A stretch of 64,000 nt of DNA from Escherichia phage ukendt, in sequence record NC_052661.1, one strand, 5' to 3'. Positions 61,470 through 64,000 of this stretch are shown here, piece after piece. The notes under the pieces are model-generated. The model was given only the letters and a program-made list of their open reading frames with translations. It made no database searches and was not told where the DNA came from. Position numbers and translations under genes: made by a program. Position 1 is the first letter of the stretch. Every line of letters starts with the position of its first letter.

Positions 61470-61639
61470 TTTGTTCCAGTATTCTCATTTTCATCTTCTG
61501 GATCATAATAGCCACCCATCCCATATTCAGGGGAGAAACGGAAACCTTTACCAGTCTCATCTGCTAACTGCTCTGCTTCCGCTAAAGCCTCATAAGCTGC
61601 TTTTACGGCTTCTTCTACTGTTTTAAACTTGGTCGTCAT
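61442..61639 (-). CDS. small protein, C-terminal W-x-SS-x-SC family
   Basis: 65 aa; ends NWHPSSLSC. Confidence 0.45.
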   Translation of the reverse strand: MTTKFKTVEEAVKAAYEALAEAEQLADETGKGFRFSPEYGMGGYYDPEDENENTGTNWHPSSLSC

Positions 61640-61913
61640 AAAATTTCTCCTCTCCTAAAGACATGTTGACATGAAATGCACGATATGTAAATTCGTTGTC
61701 CGTTGTGTTTGAATAAAACTCAAATTGAACAACACCGTCTTGAGAAGACAGATACATGCCAATTTGAACTGTTCCTTCTGGTACCAGGTAAGCATACTCT
61801 GGACGTAGTGTTACATTGTAAAAATAAAGTTCCCCAACACCCATTTCATCCCAAGCTTCCCAAGCGGTAACGAAGTTACTTTCAAAACTTGTTACTGATC
61901 TGAACTCTGCCAT
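61623..61913 (-). CDS. hypothetical protein
   Basis: 96 aa ORF. Confidence 0.5.
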   Translation of the reverse strand: MAEFRSVTSFESNFVTAWEAWDEMGVGELYFYNVTLRPEYAYLVPEGTVQIGMYLSSQDGVVQFEFYSNTTDNEFTYRAFHVNMSLGEEKFYDDQV

Positions 61914-62404
61914 AAAACCTCCTCAATCTTGTAGTTTGACTCCATCTCCAACACATTTCCACGAACGTCTCTCCGAAGAAAGGCATAAGCTTTATTAGGT
62001 ATTGTAGACTCATATTTAACCATATCTGGCACAGCAAAAGATACTACTACTCCTGCTGGGCTTCTGTCAAGAGCCTTATTAATATTTCTAAGGATATCGT
62101 TAGCCAAGATTTCTGCCAATTCTCCAAGAACGGTTTCGGTTATATCTTTATATCCCATTAAGTATTTGTTGATATCTTTCATCTCTGTATTGTTCAGAGT
62201 ATAATCCAAAGGATAGAAATTCAAAGCGGAGTCACTTTTATGTGTCCACATGAAATGCACCCGATCCGAGCAGAATCGTAACCCTCTTTGAAGAATATCT
62301 TCTACAACAGGCAGAATTTCTTTTGTCACATCATTAACCATGTTGTAATCTAAGATTTCTGCCAAGTTTGTTCTTTGTTCACCACGTTTACGTTTAGGAA
62401 TCAC
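61892..62404 (-). CDS. hypothetical protein
   Basis: 170 aa ORF. Confidence 0.5.
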   Translation of the reverse strand: MIPKRKRGEQRTNLAEILDYNMVNDVTKEILPVVEDILQRGLRFCSDRVHFMWTHKSDSALNFYPLDYTLNNTEMKDINKYLMGYKDITETVLGELAEILANDILRNINKALDRSPAGVVVSFAVPDMVKYESTIPNKAYAFLRRDVRGNVLEMESNYKIEEVLWQSSDQ

Positions 62405-62999
62405 TTGTTATTGCCCTCATTACCAAAGGTCGTAGAAAATCGTAAATCTCTTGTTTTGTTTTCCCACGAATGTTTAAACAAGGAACATTATTGGCTTTAG
62501 CTATCTTCCAAGCCGTAGCTGTTCCGCCTTTTGCATCCCCATGTTTATCAGTATTAGCACAAGCCAACAAGAAACACGATGGAGCAGGATTCTCCAAATC
62601 TCTGCCTAACACCTGATGCACATTACGTTGGTGCAATTTTCTAGCACCCTGCTTAAGCTTTTCATAAGCTGGGTGAACATCTTTGATCCATTGCACAGAG
62701 ATAGCATAGTTCATTGTATCTGGTTTTGCAAGAACAATAACATCACCTGGAATCTGATTACCTTTGAAATTTTCCCAAGGAACATAAATCTCCTTGTTAG
62801 TAGGATTTTCAGACTCTTGGACACCTGTTTCAAAAGCAGAATCACTACCCTCTGCCTTCCCAGACCTTAATTTAAACCCAAGGTTTGAAAGCCATTTCCC
62901 TATGCCTACCATCAAAGCCCACTCTTCTTCAGATATATCTCTACTTCCAACTCCCGTATAGAACAGTTCTGCCATAATCACCTCAACAAGTAATTTCAA
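62394..62999 (-). CDS. DprA/Smf-like Rossmann (SLOG superfamily) protein
   Basis: 201 aa; GVGSRDIS, LRSGKAEGSDSAFETG and GGTATAWKIAKANNVP resemble DprA nucleotide-binding loops. Confidence 0.4.
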   Translation of the reverse strand: MKLLVEVIMAELFYTGVGSRDISEEEWALMVGIGKWLSNLGFKLRSGKAEGSDSAFETGVQESENPTNKEIYVPWENFKGNQIPGDVIVLAKPDTMNYAISVQWIKDVHPAYEKLKQGARKLHQRNVHQVLGRDLENPAPSCFLLACANTDKHGDAKGGTATAWKIAKANNVPCLNIRGKTKQEIYDFLRPLVMRAITSDS

Positions 63000-63291
63000 A
63001 AGGTGTATAGGGTTCCGTATTTCTCATGATCCAAGGACTGCTAGGATTGCTCGGATCATAAGGACCAAAAGGTTTTATGGTAGGTTGTGTTTCTTTCTTC
63101 TGAATCTCTTCAAAAATACGACGAAGTTCAGAATATTCTTGATCCACCATAAGATTCGGTGCATCCGATTCTACAGTTTGCAGGTTATCTTCCTTAAAAA
63201 CAATCTCACGAACAAGATTAACATCTTCTGTTTCTAAGATAACTTCTTTACGGATATTACCTACACTTTGAATAATTGTAATCTTATACAT
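62983..63291 (-). CDS. hypothetical protein
   Basis: 102 aa ORF. Confidence 0.5.
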   Translation of the reverse strand: MYKITIIQSVGNIRKEVILETEDVNLVREIVFKEDNLQTVESDAPNLMVDQEYSELRRIFEEIQKKETQPTIKPFGPYDPSNPSSPWIMRNTEPYTPFEITC

Positions 63292-64000
63292 TAATCCTCC
63301 TCAAGAGTTGAATAAAATTGAAGACCACCGTCCATATCGAAATAAGCAAATGTTAAGTTATTATTGAACACAGATCCAGTATCCATATAAACACGATTCG
63401 CATTGATAATAGGTGTTTTTACATAAGAGTGTCCATGGAACACATAGTCCACACCCATCACAACAGGAAGTTTCATTCCCTCTTTAGCACAGTCCACCAT
63501 ATCTCTGTCCCACATAAGTGCTTCAGCAAAACGGTTTTCCTGTGTTTTTGTCATCTTCAAAGTGTATTCTGGAATATCTGTTACAGGGAGATATTCCAAA
63601 GAAGATGGATACCCACCATGAATAAACGCAAGTTTCATGCCTCTGTAGTTAACAATGAGAACAACAGGTAAATCTTCTGTCATCATTGCTAAGGCTGTAG
63701 CTCCTTCTTCACCACATTCTTCAAGGACTGTATATCCTCCATTTTGATACCAACACTCGAAGTAGCTACGATCTCCTTCCAGCATACCTTTAATCATCAT
63801 GTCTTCATGATTTCCACGAATAGCGTAGCGATTGTGTTTACGAGTAAATTCTAAAACACAACGAAAGTTTTGCTTTCCACGGTCAGTAAGATCTCCTAAA
63901 GATACAACTACATCTGTATCTCGGATACCTAACTTTGCCTTTCCTTTTTCATACAAATTATAACAACCGTGTAGATCTCCAATTATAAAAAGATCTTGAT
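63291..64000 (-). CDS. Ser/Thr protein phosphatase (calcineurin-like metallophosphoesterase), partial
   Basis: GDLTDRG and GNHE motifs; frame stays open past 63956 and encodes GDLHG near the window end, so the true start lies beyond 64000. Confidence 0.6.
   Translation of the reverse strand, partial: QDLFIIGDLHGCYNLYEKGKAKLGIRDTDVVVSLGDLTDRGKQNFRCVLEFTRKHNRYAIRGNHEDMMIKGMLEGDRSYFECWYQNGGYTVLEECGEEGATALAMMTEDLPVVLIVNYRGMKLAFIHGGYPSSLEYLPVTDIPEYTLKMTKTQENRFAEALMWDRDMVDCAKEGMKLPVVMGVDYVFHGHSYVKTPIINANRVYMDTGSVFNNNLTFAYFDMDGGLQFYSTLEED

Overview
The window reads as a densely packed accessory/early region of a large virulent tailed phage of an enterobacterial host. No rRNA, CRISPR array or convincing tRNA was found by eye, and the phage family could not be assigned. 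Transcription falls into three blocks: a minus-strand block (1-21214), a plus-strand block (21329-56180) and a second minus-strand block (56250 to the window end), separated by a divergent control region (21215-21331) and a bidirectional terminator (56222-56250). Recognisable genes include anaerobic ribonucleotide reductase NrdD with its activase NrdG, a Ter-like module (vWA, TelA-like, TerC, phosphoribosyltransferase, HAD hydrolase), an SF1 helicase, an AAA ATPase, a serine recombinase and a Ser/Thr phosphatase that runs off the window end. Three ADP-ribose/NAD-related proteins are present: a macro domain, a NADAR domain and a Sir2-like protein. The most striking feature is a GC-richer array at 28438-37882 of about 26 small plus-strand genes, 19 of them preceded by a near-identical module (sigma70-like promoter, conserved 5' hairpin, purine-rich leader), with three further variant modules. 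This resembles the promoter-early-stem-loop cassettes of hyperplastic phage regions and is my best candidate for a reservoir of undescribed host-takeover or anti-defence genes. The array is bracketed by four Fur-box-like palindromic operators, two of which overlap promoter -10 elements, and is followed by an unusual A+C-rich non-coding tract. Other notable features are several paralogous small-protein families, a LAGLIDADG homing endonuclease gene split at an A7/AGA site, and a 65-bp intergenic element present in two copies with a compensatory hairpin. All functional calls are from motif recognition by eye; no database search was run.
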